NCBI GenBank assembly: GCA_030611885.1
Contig: JAUWOY010000036.1
Location: forward strand, 1 to 33,075
Direction: 5' to 3'
Source of the DNA: Chloroflexota bacterium
Lineage (GTDB): Bacteria; Chloroflexota; Anaerolineae; VGOG01
DNA: 33,075 nt
Shown here: positions 1 to 9,389 of the stretch, piece by piece
Numbering within the stretch: the first letter of the stretch is position 1
Layout: each line of letters starts with the position of its first letter
Notes under the pieces: generated by a model
The model's database searches: none
Told to the model about the DNA's origin: nothing
The model's input: the letters and a program-made list of their open reading frames with translations, nothing else
Position numbers and translations under genes: made by a program

Positions 1-539
1 GACAGCAGGCCCAGGAAAGTGAGCATGGTGTACATTCTCGCCTCGTGGGAGTACCAGAGGTACAGCGGGGAGATGGCGCCGAAGAGAGCAGCCAACAGCC
101 CTACTCGCCGGTCGCAGAGATGCTTGCCCACGGCGTAAAGCAGGGGTACGGTCAACACACTGAAGACCAGGGAGGGGAAACGCAGGGCGAACTCGCTTTG
201 GCCCGCCAGTTTGACCACGAAGTGCAGCAGGAGGAAGTAGAAGGGAGGGTGATTGTCGAAAGTAATCAACTGCCTGGTGGCATCAGTGAGGATGATCTTG
301 TTGGACAAGACGAGAGGCAAATCGTAGTTGGCCCGCTGCAAGCTCAGGCTCTCGTCCCCCCAGAGACTTTGGGCCCCCAATCCGTAGACCCCTCGAGCAA
401 AGGCCAGGGCTATGAGAAGGAGCAACAAAGCATAGGAGAGCCACTCTCGGCTGGGATGTAAAGATGAGGCGGGGGATACATCCGAGCCCCCGCTTCGCTC
501 AGTCGTTCTATCAGCACTCGATTCCAGAATATCGCCCAT
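1..539 (-). CDS. PMT/ArnT-family (GT39/GT83-like) membrane glycosyltransferase; N-terminal ~180 aa, gene continues past window start
   Basis: Not in the ORF track because it is truncated at the window edge. My minus-strand translation runs without stops from the ATG at 539: MGDILESS...REWLSYALLLLLIALAF...LRFPSLVFSVLTVPLLYAVGKHLCDRRVGLLAALFGAISPLYLWYSHEARMYTMLTFLGLL. Hydrophobic helices plus the R-x-P-S...LLA...SP...W-Y-S-x-EAR-MY pattern are typical of PMT_2/ArnT-type glycosyltransferases. The listed + ORF 45..461 is its antisense shadow. Confidence 0.55.
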   Translation of the reverse strand, partial: MGDILESSADRTTERSGGSDVSPASSLHPSREWLSYALLLLLIALAFARGVYGLGAQSLWGDESLSLQRANYDLPLVLSNKIILTDATRQLITFDNHPPFYFLLLHFVVKLAGQSEFALRFPSLVFSVLTVPLLYAVGKHLCDRRVGLLAALFGAISPLYLWYSHEARMYTMLTFLGLL

Positions 540-542
540 TGT

Positions 543-570
543 CTTTGGAAGTTGGAAGTTGGAGATTGGA
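543..570. repeat. Period-7 tandem repeat (tctttgg aagttgg aagttgg agattgg) directly upstream of the minus-strand start at 539
   Basis: Four consecutive heptamers with consensus WMKTTGG. The same TTGGAAG unit recurs 4x at 9148-9175. Confidence 0.7.
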
Positions 571-672
571 TCAGTCCACGGCTGGGGTTATTATAGCATA
601 AAACAAAGAGGAGGCAAAGAAAAGCGTTGGCGCCTTCCATTGAAGCCAAAATTCGCCATATCAGGCTGGATG

Positions 673-681
673 TGCTATAAT
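673..681 (+). promoter_or_regulatory. Extended -10 promoter element TGcTATAAT
   Basis: The sequence tgctataat at 673-681 is a TGn-TATAAT extended -10. It lies about 22 nt upstream of a strong RBS (gaggagg) and the ATG at 704. The -35 is weak (tcgcca). Confidence 0.4.
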
Positions 682-703
682 AGAATCCGAGGAGGCACAG
701 GCC

Positions 704-835
704 ATGCCCACCTACGACAGCCGCGTGCTGATGCCCAGGCGAAAGTTCGAGAAGAGTGTGAAGAAGCTCCTTAGTCGAGAGGGTGAAGGTCTAACAAGAA
801 AGAGAGCTGAGGGAATCCATTTGTGCCAACACTAG
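704..835 (+). CDS. Small basic ORF (43 aa), possibly a leader peptide or small protein upstream of the O-antigen-ligase-like gene
   Basis: ATG at 704 is preceded by GAGGAGG (spacing about 7 nt) and the extended -10. Translation is MPTYDSRVLMPRRKFEKSVKKLLSREGEGLTRKRAEGIHLCQH, stop TAG at 833-835, 5 nt before the ATG at 840, which has no obvious RBS of its own (possible translational coupling). No homology recognised. Confidence 0.3.
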   Translation: MPTYDSRVLMPRRKFEKSVKKLLSREGEGLTRKRAEGIHLCQH

Positions 836-839
836 GTTA

Positions 840-2411
840 ATGCAAAACTACGCCTACAACCGTCTACAAGCCATTTTCGTGTCCGATAAACGCTGGGTGG
901 TCGCCCTGGCGGTGGTGGCCCTCTGCCTGGTGATGGGGACCATCGGGGGATGGCTCATCGCCTATCCCGGCCCGCTGCTCACTGCGGCCCTGGTGGTGGC
1001 GCTCGTCGGCGGGCTGCTGATGCTGCGGAGCACCCAGTTCGGCTTCGTGGCCCTCATCGGCATCGTCTGCCTGCTGCCCTTCGCCGCCCTGCCAGTCAAG
1101 ATCGGCTTCACCCCCACTTTTCTGAACCTGGTGCTGGCGGTGCTCTTCGCCGTCTGGCTGGCCAGGATGGTTACCGGCCAGCAGAAGGAGTTCGTCACCT
1201 CCCCCCTGGCGCTGCCCATCGTCATCTTCCTGTTCCTGGCCTTCGTCTCCTTCGTGGCCGGGCTGGCCCACGCCAGCCCCACGCCCAACGCCGTGCGCCG
1301 CTTCGCCGAGATCATCCTGGGCATCGCCCTGTTTTTCGTGACGGTCAACTGTGTACGAACCCGACAGGAGTTGGAGCAGTTGGTGCTGATCATCGTCCTG
1401 GCTGGCTTCGGGGCAGCCCTGATCGGCGTGGTGCTCTATTTCCTGCCCCAGGCCCTCACCGTCCGCCTCCTCTCCGCGCTGCGCATTTTCAACTACCCGG
1501 CTGGCTGGGGGGTGCTGCGCTTCATCCGCGATGACCCTCTGCTGCCCATGCGGGCCGTCGGCACCTCCGTTGACCCCAACATCCTGGGCGGCCTGTTGAT
1601 CTTGGTAGCGTCGCTGACGGTTCCTCAGCTTTACACCCGGCGCCCACTCTTAAAACGCTGGTTGGCGGCGCCCATCTTGGCGGTGATGGGCCTTTGCCTG
1701 ATCCTGACCTTCTCGCGAGGCTCATTGGTCGGCCTGGGCTGCGCTCTGGCACTGCTGGCCGTGGTCAAGTACCGCCGCCTGCTGCCAGTGTTGATCATCG
1801 CGGGCCTGCTTATCTTGCTCTTGCCGCAGACCCAGGAGTACGTCGTGCACTTCATTCAGGGGGTGCAGGTTCAGGACCTGGCTAGCAAAATGCGCCTTGG
1901 GGAGTACAAGGACGCCTTCATCCTCATCAGCCGCTACCCCTGGATCGGAGTGGGCTTCGTCGGCACGCCCGACATTGACATCTACCTGGGCGTGTCCAGC
2001 CTCTACCTGCTCATCGCTGAGGAGATGGGCCTGGTGGGGCTGGGGGTCTTCCTGGTCATCATGGTCATCCTCTTCGGCTATACCTGGCGCAGTTGGAAAA
2101 GTATGAGCCACGATCCCTGCCTGGAGGCCCTCTTATTGGGCCTCCAAGCAGCGATAGTGGGGGGACTGGTAGGAGGGATTCTCGATCATTACCTTTTCAG
2201 CTATCCCCACGCCGTGGCCTTTTTCTGGCTATGCATCGGTTTGGCTGTGGCTGCCGCGAGGCTGACAGAAGAAGCTCGCCGCCCCCCCTCAATCCCCCCC
2301 ACCTCTGGGGGGGGGAAGCAGGAGAGGGGAGTCCATTTCCCCCCTCGCCCAGGGCCTGTCCTGAGCCTGCCGAAGGGTTGGGAGAGGGGGTTAGGGGGAA
2401 GAGGGGAGTAG
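840..2411 (+). CDS. O-antigen ligase / Wzy_C-family polytopic membrane protein (523 aa), with Gly/Pro-rich low-complexity C-terminal tail
   Basis: About 10-12 predicted TM helices. The central motif LILTFSRGSLVGLGCALALLAVV (an R-G-S-containing loop) is typical of O-antigen ligase/WaaL/Wzy_C domains. The C-terminal about 45 aa are encoded across C7, C7 and G9 homopolymer tracts (2282-2315). Confidence 0.65.
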   Translation: MQNYAYNRLQAIFVSDKRWVVALAVVALCLVMGTIGGWLIAYPGPLLTAALVVALVGGLLMLRSTQFGFVALIGIVCLLPFAALPVKIGFTPTFLNLVLAVLFAVWLARMVTGQQKEFVTSPLALPIVIFLFLAFVSFVAGLAHASPTPNAVRRFAEIILGIALFFVTVNCVRTRQELEQLVLIIVLAGFGAALIGVVLYFLPQALTVRLLSALRIFNYPAGWGVLRFIRDDPLLPMRAVGTSVDPNILGGLLILVASLTVPQLYTRRPLLKRWLAAPILAVMGLCLILTFSRGSLVGLGCALALLAVVKYRRLLPVLIIAGLLILLLPQTQEYVVHFIQGVQVQDLASKMRLGEYKDAFILISRYPWIGVGFVGTPDIDIYLGVSSLYLLIAEEMGLVGLGVFLVIMVILFGYTWRSWKSMSHDPCLEALLLGLQAAIVGGLVGGILDHYLFSYPHAVAFFWLCIGLAVAAARLTEEARRPPSIPPTSGGGKQERGVHFPPRPGPVLSLPKGWERGLGGRGE

Positions 2412-2420
2412 GGTACAACA

Positions 2421-2491
2421 AAAAGCCACCAGAGGTCTTAACCCCCGGTGGCTTTTCAGAAACCCTAAAGGTCTCGGAGACCTTTAGGGTT
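2421..2491. terminator. Bidirectional terminator region between convergent genes (two hairpins)
   Basis: Hairpin 1: aaaagccacc (2421-2430) pairs with ggtggctttt (2448-2457), followed by tc. Hairpin 2: perfect 15-bp palindrome aaccctaaaggtctc/gagacctttagggtt (2461-2491). The region lies between the + gene ending at 2411 and the - gene (eno) ending at 2549. Confidence 0.6.
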
Positions 2492-2548
2492 TGCCCCCCC
2501 GCCTCCTGACCAGCGCAGCCGTGAGAGCGGCCAGCGAAGCCAGCGCCG

Positions 2549-3874
<1,326 letters not shown>

Positions 3875-4105
3875 CTATCTGAGCAACTGAATAAACTGAT
3901 CGCGGGTAAGGCCGGCGCTTTTGATGATCCGCAGCGTCAGCCCACGTCCCAAATCGCGGTTGTGCCAGGGCACAACCACACGGCGATTGTCGCTGGCACG
4001 CCGCAGAACGATGTGGCTGCCTGTCTGGCGGTCGATCTCGAAGCCGGCGCGCTCCAAAGCCTGGACGACCTGACGCGGCTTTACAGTGGGCAGGCGGGGC
4101 ATCAC
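3875..4105 (-). CDS. hicA: Type II toxin-antitoxin system HicA-family toxin (mRNA interferase), 76 aa
   Basis: LPTVKPRQVVQALERAGFEIDRQTGSHIVLRR...RVVVPWHNRDLGRGLTLRIIKSAGL matches the YcfA/HicA fold pattern (G-S-H, P-x-H). It overlaps the upstream hicB by 4 nt (ATGA). Confidence 0.75.
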   Translation of the reverse strand: MMPRLPTVKPRQVVQALERAGFEIDRQTGSHIVLRRASDNRRVVVPWHNRDLGRGLTLRIIKSAGLTRDQFIQLLR

Positions 4106-4344
4106 GCAGGCTCCAGAGCCACACTCAGCCGTCCGATGAACTGCTCCTCAGCAGACTCAATTGGGATCGGCTCGCCGTGTTTGCGCAAGCTGGCACAGTA
4201 GGCGCGAATGGCGTCGGAGGCCATTTCGTGAGCTTCTTCCAAGGTGCGTCCCTCGGTATAACAGCCCGGTAGGGCAGGTACGGAAACGAGGTATTCACCG
4301 TCGGGCTGACATTCGATGATCACTGTAAACTGGTATTTGTTCAT
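4102..4344 (-). CDS. hicB: HicB-family antitoxin (UPF0150), 80 aa
   Basis: YQFTVIIECQPDGEYLVSVPALPGCYTEGRTLEEAHEMASDAIRAY is the typical HicB N-terminal RNase-H-like fold motif (P-x-L-P-G-C-x-T-x-G-x-T-x-E-E-A). It sits immediately upstream of hicA and overlaps it. Confidence 0.75.
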   Translation of the reverse strand: MNKYQFTVIIECQPDGEYLVSVPALPGCYTEGRTLEEAHEMASDAIRAYCASLRKHGEPIPIESAEEQFIGRLSVALEPA

Positions 4345-4383
4345 AGACCTGTCCTTTCAGTGAGATAAGATTCAGATGTATGC

Positions 4384-4737
4384 TCAGAGGAACCTCCAAT
4401 GACGAACATCCTCCGCTACCACTTGCGCCAGAGCCAAAGCCTCATCCTCCGGCATGTCGCCCGCTACCTCCCGAAGTTGTTGGAAACGCATAAGCCGCTG
4501 CGCCCGCTTGAAAACACGGGGGTCTTTGGGAATTGGCATGAATAGCAGGCTGGAGTCCTCAACTTGTTGAGGTTTGCCGCGCCACACCCCCAACGAGTTG
4601 GGGACTCCGATACTGTGACCCTGCGAAATCCCAAAGAGCCAAACGCGGAAGGTCGCCCGCGCTGTGGCGATCAACTCATTGATATACTCTCCAACTGGGC
4701 GATCCATTCGCGCATCTCCTCGACGTAGAACTCCCAC
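4384..4737 (-). CDS. Hypothetical protein (105-117 aa); true start may be the internal ATG at 4707 or a TTG near 4672
   Basis: Open frame with coding-like codon usage and no recognisable domain. Overlaps the upstream ORF, forming a two-gene module with 4671..5003. Confidence 0.35.
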   Translation of the reverse strand: MGVLRRGDARMDRPVGEYINELIATARATFRVWLFGISQGHSIGVPNSLGVWRGKPQQVEDSSLLFMPIPKDPRVFKRAQRLMRFQQLREVAGDMPEDEALALAQVVAEDVRHWRFL

Positions 4738-5003
4738 TGCTGGAAGTCACGCTCCCAGGTGGGATGGCTTTGACGGAGACTGGCCACATATTCCTCATCA
4801 CCAGTAACACGGGCATAGAAGACTTCGTATGTACAGTCATACTTCTCTTCCCAGGGACGGGTCTGGCGACGTAAATCTGCGATACGCTGGCCGATTCTCC
4901 CCACGGCGTAGTGACGCAATGCCTCGTCCACTGCTTGCTGCACATCACCCAGAGGAGCAAGGATGTCGGCGTATTTCTTGCTCACCGTGACCGTTGACAT
5001 CAA
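4671..5003 (-). CDS. Hypothetical protein (110 aa)
   Basis: Open frame MMSTVTVSKKYADILAPLGD...YDCTYEVFYARVTGDEEY...QQWEFYVEEMREWIAQLES. No family recognised. Upstream partner of 4384..4737. Confidence 0.35.
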   Translation of the reverse strand: MMSTVTVSKKYADILAPLGDVQQAVDEALRHYAVGRIGQRIADLRRQTRPWEEKYDCTYEVFYARVTGDEEYVASLRQSHPTWERDFQQWEFYVEEMREWIAQLESISMS

Positions 5004-5040
5004 GCAACACCTCCTTCACCTTCAAGACATCCCTCAATTG

Positions 5041-7494
5041 CTAGGCCCTCTTGCCTTGAACCGGTGCCGGCAGCAAGGCTGTCTCCAACACTTCCCCCAT
5101 CCGCTCCACGAAGATGAACTCCAGGTCCCGCTTGACCTTGTTGGGGATTTCGACCATGTCCTTTTCATTCCTCTTCGGCAGGATGACGGTCTTCAGACCG
5201 GCCCGGTGGGCGGACAGCACCTTCTCCTTAAAGCCACCGATGGGCAGCACCCGCCCCCGCAGGGTGATCTCGCCCGTCATGCCCACGTCGTGACGGACGG
5301 GACGCCTGGCCAGAGCCGAAATGAGGGCCGTGGACATGGTTATCCCCGCCGAGGGGCCGTCCTTGGGGATGGCCCCCTCCGGCACGTGGATGTGGATGTC
5401 GAGCTTATCGAAGTTCCGCCCCTTGATGCCCAACTCCTTGGCGTGAGAACGAGCATAGGAGAGGGCGGCCTGACCCGATTCCTGCATCACCTCGCCCAAC
5501 TGGCCAGTAAGCATGAGACTGCCCTTGCCCTCCATCAAGGTCACTTCCACGGGCATGATGTCGCCGCCAGCCTCGGTCCAGGCAATGCCCATGGCTACCC
5601 CGATTTCGTCCTCCTTCTCGGCCAGGCCGTAGGTGAACTGCGGCGGCCCCAGGTACTTGGCCAACGACTGGGTAGTGATGCGATGAGGAGTTTGCTTGCC
5701 ATCAGCCACTCGACGAGCCACTTTGCGACAGACATTGGCGATCTCTCGCTCCAGATTGCGCACCCCGGCTTCGTAGGTGTACTCGCGGATGATGTGGCGC
5801 AAAGCTTCGTCCGAGAAGCGGAGCTTTGTATTATCATTGTCCAAGCCATTTTCCACCAACTGCCGGGGGACGAGAAACCGCCTGGCGATCTCCAGCTTCT
5901 CCTCCTCGATGTAGCCGGGGAACTCGATGACCTCCATGCGGTCCCGCAGGGCTGGCGGGACGGGATCGAGGATGTTGGCCGTAGTGATGAACATCACCTT
6001 CGACAGGTCGTAGGCCACGTCCAGGTAGTGATCGGAGAAGGCGTGGTTCTGCTCAGGGTCCAACACCTCCAGCAGGGCGGCCGAGGGGTCGCCTCGGAAA
6101 TCAACGCCCAGCTTATCAATCTCGTCCAGCATGAACAGGGGGTTGATGGTCTCGGCACGCCGCATGGTCTGGATGATGCGGCCCGGCATAGACCCCACGT
6201 AAGTGCGGCGGTGGCCTCGTATCTCGGCCTCGTCGCGGACACCGCCCAGGCTCACCCGCACGAACTTCCTCCCCAGCGCCTGAGCGATAGCTTTACCGAG
6301 GGAGGTCTTGCCCGTCCCCGGCGGCCCCACGAAGCACAGGATAGGGCTGCGCATCTTATCGGCGGCCAGCTTGCGGACAGCCATATATTCCAGGATGCGC
6401 TCCTTGGCCTTGGTCAGGCCATAGTGACTATCATCCAACACCTTGTCCGCGGCCGAGATGTCCATGTTGTCCTCGGTGGCCTCGCTCCAGGGCAATTCGA
6501 TCAACCAGTCGAGATAAGTGCGAATGACACTCACCTCAGGGGAAGCGATGGGCATGGAGGAGAGCCGCTCAAGCTCCTTCTCCGCCTTCTCCCGCACCTC
6601 CTCTGGCATTGCGACGGCCGCGATCTTTTCCTTCAGTTCGCTGACCTCCTGGAACTGACCATCAATCTCGCCCAGCTCGGTCTGGATGGCCTTCATCTGT
6701 TGCCGCAGGAAATACTCGCGCTGGGATTTGTCAACCTCCTCCTGCACCTGAGCGTGGATCCGATCCTCCAGTTCCAGGACGTCCAGCTCCTGGGCCAGAA
6801 TGATGCTCAATCGTTGCAGGCGGATAACCGGCTGAATAGTCTCCAGGACCTCCTGGCGTTTTTCGATATCTACGTTGAGAGCGGAAGCCACCAGGTCCGC
6901 CAGCCAACCTGGCTCGTCAATGTTCAGGGCGATCACGTAAGCATCCTCAGGGAGATTGCGGTCCAGTTGCACACACTTTTCGAACAAAGCCAGCACGGCG
7001 CGCATCAAGGCTTGAGTGGAGAGGGTTTTCTCGCTGGGTTCTACTATGTCCCTGACTCTTACTTTGATATAAGGATCAACGTGCACAAAATCGAGGATTT
7101 CGACCCTTCGTGTACCCTTCCCCCAAATGTTGGTCGTGCCGTCGGGCAGGTGCCACATGCGGGCGATGGACATTGAGGTGCCGACATTGTAGATGTCGTC
7201 GGGGACCGGCTCTTCTACCTCGTCATCCCTTTGGGCCGCCACAACGATAACGCCCTCAGTGGCCATCGCTGCCTCCACTGCCTTCAGCGAGCGATCGCGG
7301 CCCACGAAGAGAGGGGTGACCATGTGAGGGAAGATGACTGTATCGCGCAGGGGAAGCAGGGGATATTCGGCGATCTCGTTGGTTTGTTTAATAAGCACCT
7401 CTCCCAAATCCTGGGGGATTCCTTCGGCTCGCCGGCCACTGACGGCCAGAAAGCCTCCTTCTTCGAGAAGTCTATCCATATCGGTATCCGACAT
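5041..7494 (-). CDS. lon: ATP-dependent Lon protease (La), 817 aa
   Basis: Lon N-domain ([23 protein letters not shown]). AAA+ Walker [50 protein letters not shown]. Catalytic serine motif [19 protein letters not shown] and a lysine ([14 protein letters not shown]). GGAGG RBS upstream of ATG 7494. The + ORF 4963..7176 is its antisense shadow. Confidence 0.95.
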   Translation of the reverse strand: MSDTDMDRLLEEGGFLAVSGRRAEGIPQDLGEVLIKQTNEIAEYPLLPLRDTVIFPHMVTPLFVGRDRSLKAVEAAMATEGVIVVAAQRDDEVEEPVPDDIYNVGTSMSIARMWHLPDGTTNIWGKGTRRVEILDFVHVDPYIKVRVRDIVEPSEKTLSTQALMRAVLALFEKCVQLDRNLPEDAYVIALNIDEPGWLADLVASALNVDIEKRQEVLETIQPVIRLQRLSIILAQELDVLELEDRIHAQVQEEVDKSQREYFLRQQMKAIQTELGEIDGQFQEVSELKEKIAAVAMPEEVREKAEKELERLSSMPIASPEVSVIRTYLDWLIELPWSEATEDNMDISAADKVLDDSHYGLTKAKERILEYMAVRKLAADKMRSPILCFVGPPGTGKTSLGKAIAQALGRKFVRVSLGGVRDEAEIRGHRRTYVGSMPGRIIQTMRRAETINPLFMLDEIDKLGVDFRGDPSAALLEVLDPEQNHAFSDHYLDVAYDLSKVMFITTANILDPVPPALRDRMEVIEFPGYIEEEKLEIARRFLVPRQLVENGLDNDNTKLRFSDEALRHIIREYTYEAGVRNLEREIANVCRKVARRVADGKQTPHRITTQSLAKYLGPPQFTYGLAEKEDEIGVAMGIAWTEAGGDIMPVEVTLMEGKGSLMLTGQLGEVMQESGQAALSYARSHAKELGIKGRNFDKLDIHIHVPEGAIPKDGPSAGITMSTALISALARRPVRHDVGMTGEITLRGRVLPIGGFKEKVLSAHRAGLKTVILPKRNEKDMVEIPNKVKRDLEFIFVERMGEVLETALLPAPVQGKRA

Positions 7495-7510
7495 CTAGTT
7501 ACGCCTCCAC

Positions 7511-7575
7511 ATTTTGGTTTGGTGGTTCTTGGTCTGGTGGTCAGATGGTCCTTGGTCATTCATCAGTGTCATTAA
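7511..7575. repeat. Period-7 TGGT / ACCA-rich degenerate tandem repeat in the lon 5-prime leader region
   Basis: attttgg tttggtg gttcttg gtctggt ggtcaga tggtcct tggtcat, with the TGGT phase kept every 7 nt. On the lon strand this is a CCA-rich leader. A similar patch occurs at 7636-7670 (cttggtc attggtg attcttg gtgagta). Confidence 0.5.
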
Positions 7576-7582
7576 GGCTCAA

Positions 7583-7616
7583 AGCCCCGTCCCCGGGCCG
7601 CCCCGGGGACGGGGCT
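7583..7616. terminator. GC-rich 14-bp-stem hairpin downstream of the minus-strand gene ending at 7645
   Basis: agccccgtccccgg (7583-7596) pairs perfectly with ccggggacggggct (7603-7616), loop gccgcc. The T-tract is weak on both strands. Confidence 0.5.
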
Positions 7617-7644
7617 CAGAACTTAAGTTGACACAAATGCTTGG

Positions 7645-9243
7645 TCATTGGTGATTCTTGGTGAGTAGTGGCAGGAGAACGGGCTGAGGAGCTCCGGCGA
7701 GGAAGCTGTCCGACCATTCCTTGGTCAACTCCAGGTAAGTAAAACCGTGGCTATCGCCAGGCTCGATGTGGGTGTGCTCCCACCACTCGTTGAAGCTGGT
7801 GATGACGATCCAATCGGCCTGGGACTGAATGGCCGCCTGGAAAGTGAAGCCGTAAGTATCACCGCCAGCCCGATCGAGGTACCAGGAGCCAGGGCGGCCC
7901 AAGAGGGCATCATCGTAGCCGGGCATGACCGCTGGCGCCCAAATCTTCCGCTCAGCGTTTGGGTCTTGCAGAAATTGATAGCTCCTCACCCGGCCCGAAA
8001 CCGAAGCGTATACCTCAGGCATATCTGGGGCATAGAAGCCATAGGCGTGCAAGCCATCGAACACCTCCAGATAGCTGGGGTCAAAGGTCTGGCCGACCCA
8101 CACCGCATCGTAGCCATCGGCCTGGATTTGATCGAGTATGGCCTGCCAGGCCTGCAGAGGGGTTTGGCCGGGATTTCTGGCTACGTGGTCAACGGCGTAG
8201 AGAAAAATCACCGGCTTACCCCGATAGCGCAAAAAGTTGGGGTGACCGCTGTAAGAATCCAGGGCGTACTCCAATTGATGGATGACATCTTGAGTCGTCC
8301 TGAAACGCTCGCCCAGGGTCTCGAAGTAGATGGTCGCTTTGAAATCAGTGCCCTCCGCTGCCGTGAGGAGTTTGGCGAAGTTGGCATCCCGGTAGTTGCC
8401 CGAACCCCACCAGGAGGAGATGAAGCCGTGAATGCCATACTGCTGCGCCCAGTTGACGTGCCTGGTGATAGCCTCCAGGTCGTCGGAGCTGTGAGGAATA
8501 AGAGGGTGATCCTCGAGAACGGGGCTCGACCAGGAATCGAGATCATACCAGGGGTAGTAGAAGGCCAAAACCAATCTGGGCGAGACGTGCCGCAGAGGCA
8601 GAGGGCCACCGGTCGTGAAATGGGAATCGGCTATGGAGAAAGAGAAGGGATTAGAGGGGTCGTCCGGTTTGTCAAGCAGATTGGACCAGGAGGCGATGGC
8701 GGCGGCGGACGATGAGTTGTAGTTATAGAACTCCGCCGTGGTAAGGCCCAAATCGCCCTTCTGATTCTCGAAGAAAATGTGACTGCCGCCATCCAGGCCC
8801 GTCATCACCAAATCGTACTGAGCTTTGACCGTCTGGGCCACGGCCTCGGCCAGCGGCTGTTCTAAATAGAGCTCGTCCTCGTCCCACCCAACTCGAGTCG
8901 TCGCGGCGTGGCCCTGCAGGATGGTGGTTGTGACATAGAGGATTCGCTCCCCGCTGCGGACGTAGAGCCGCGTCCAATCGGAGGACGTGCTGAGCACTAT
9001 CCTGGCCCGATACAGCAGCGAATTGCCATCCCCCCTTCCCCCCAACTCTGGGGGGCTAGGGGGCTGAAGAGCAGGCGACCCCTCCACGCTCAGGGCTTGA
9101 GAGAACACCAGCACCCCCAGGCTTATCAGCAAAACCGCCAGGACAGTTTGGAAGTTGGAAGTTGGAAGTTGGAAGTTAGACGCTTGACGCTTGACGTTTG
9201 ACATTTGACGTTTAACATTTAGAGATAGTATAGCTTTCATCAT
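7645..9243 (-). CDS. Secreted two-domain protein with C-terminal TIM-barrel glycoside-hydrolase-like domain (GH99 / endo-alpha-mannosidase-like is my best guess), 532 aa
   Basis: Hydrophobic signal-like segment TVLAVLLISLGVLVFSQA. Motifs FYYPWYDLDSW, YGIHGFISSWWGSGNY and PAVMPGYDD resemble the YYPWY / SWWG motifs I recall for GH99-type hydrolases. Family assignment from memory only. The 5-prime end of the ORF contains the heptamer array 9148-9224. Confidence 0.45.
   Translation of the reverse strand: MMKAILSLNVKRQMSNVKRQASNFQLPTSNFQTVLAVLLISLGVLVFSQALSVEGSPALQPPSPPELGGRGDGNSLLYRARIVLSTSSDWTRLYVRSGERILYVTTTILQGHAATTRVGWDEDELYLEQPLAEAVAQTVKAQYDLVMTGLDGGSHIFFENQKGDLGLTTAEFYNYNSSSAAAIASWSNLLDKPDDPSNPFSFSIADSHFTTGGPLPLRHVSPRLVLAFYYPWYDLDSWSSPVLEDHPLIPHSSDDLEAITRHVNWAQQYGIHGFISSWWGSGNYRDANFAKLLTAAEGTDFKATIYFETLGERFRTTQDVIHQLEYALDSYSGHPNFLRYRGKPVIFLYAVDHVARNPGQTPLQAWQAILDQIQADGYDAVWVGQTFDPSYLEVFDGLHAYGFYAPDMPEVYASVSGRVRSYQFLQDPNAERKIWAPAVMPGYDDALLGRPGSWYLDRAGGDTYGFTFQAAIQSQADWIVITSFNEWWEHTHIEPGDSHGFTYLELTKEWSDSFLAGAPQPVLLPLLTKNHQ
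9148..9224. repeat. Array of 11 tandem heptanucleotide units (4 perfect TTGGAAG, then TTAGACG CTTGACG CTTGACG TTTGACA TTTGACG TTTAACA TTTAGAG) inside the 5-prime end of ORF 7645..9243
   Basis: Read directly from the sequence. AT-rich relative to surroundings. On the coding (minus) strand it encodes LNVKRQMSNVKRQASNFQLPTSNFQ, just ahead of the signal-peptide hydrophobic core. Confidence 0.85.
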
Positions 9244-9288
9244 AGCTTATCCTCCCCATATCGCTCTCTACCCTCCAGAATCATTGGC

Positions 9289-9389
9289 AGAAACCAGGTT
9301 TTTCGCTGTCGTTGTATGCTCGAAGATCTGGGCTGACCATGTAGTGCTGCAAGCGGAAGTCACTTTCCCAACGTAAAAACCTGGTTTCT
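9289..9389. repeat. Long-range inverted repeat (15-nt arms agaaaccaggttttt / aaaaacctggtttct, 71-nt spacer) spanning the folC stop codon
   Basis: Arms at 9289-9303 and 9375-9389 are perfectly complementary. The element lies between the folC 3-prime end and the 5-prime region of gene 7645..9243. Confidence 0.5.

Noticed and set aside
45-461. 138-aa + strand ORF at window start
   Set aside because: Antisense shadow of the PMT/ArnT-family glycosyltransferase encoded on the minus strand (1..539).
950-2111. Several 60-190-aa ORFs in both strands within the O-antigen-ligase-like gene
   Set aside because: Alternative frames of a high-GC membrane-protein gene. Arg/Pro/Gly-rich nonsense translations.
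4671-5003. HepT/MNT-type toxin-antitoxin assignment for the two small ORFs next to hicBA
   Set aside because: An HxY is present (ALRHYAV) but without the R-x4-6-H-x-Y spacing, and the partner lacks the nucleotidyltransferase GS...D-x-D motif.
4963-7176. 737-aa + strand ORF
   Set aside because: Entirely antisense to the lon gene, whose Lon motifs are unambiguous. Low-complexity Gln/Leu/Gly-rich translation typical of a high-GC shadow frame.
7495-7644. CIRCE/HrcA operator upstream of lon
   Set aside because: No TTAGCACTC-N9-GAGTGCTAA-like inverted repeat is present. Only the heptamer-phased TGGT repeats and a terminator hairpin.
7747-8715. 322-aa + ORF and 108-133-aa ORFs overlapping gene 7645..9243
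   Set aside because: Antisense or alternative frames of the hydrolase-like gene.
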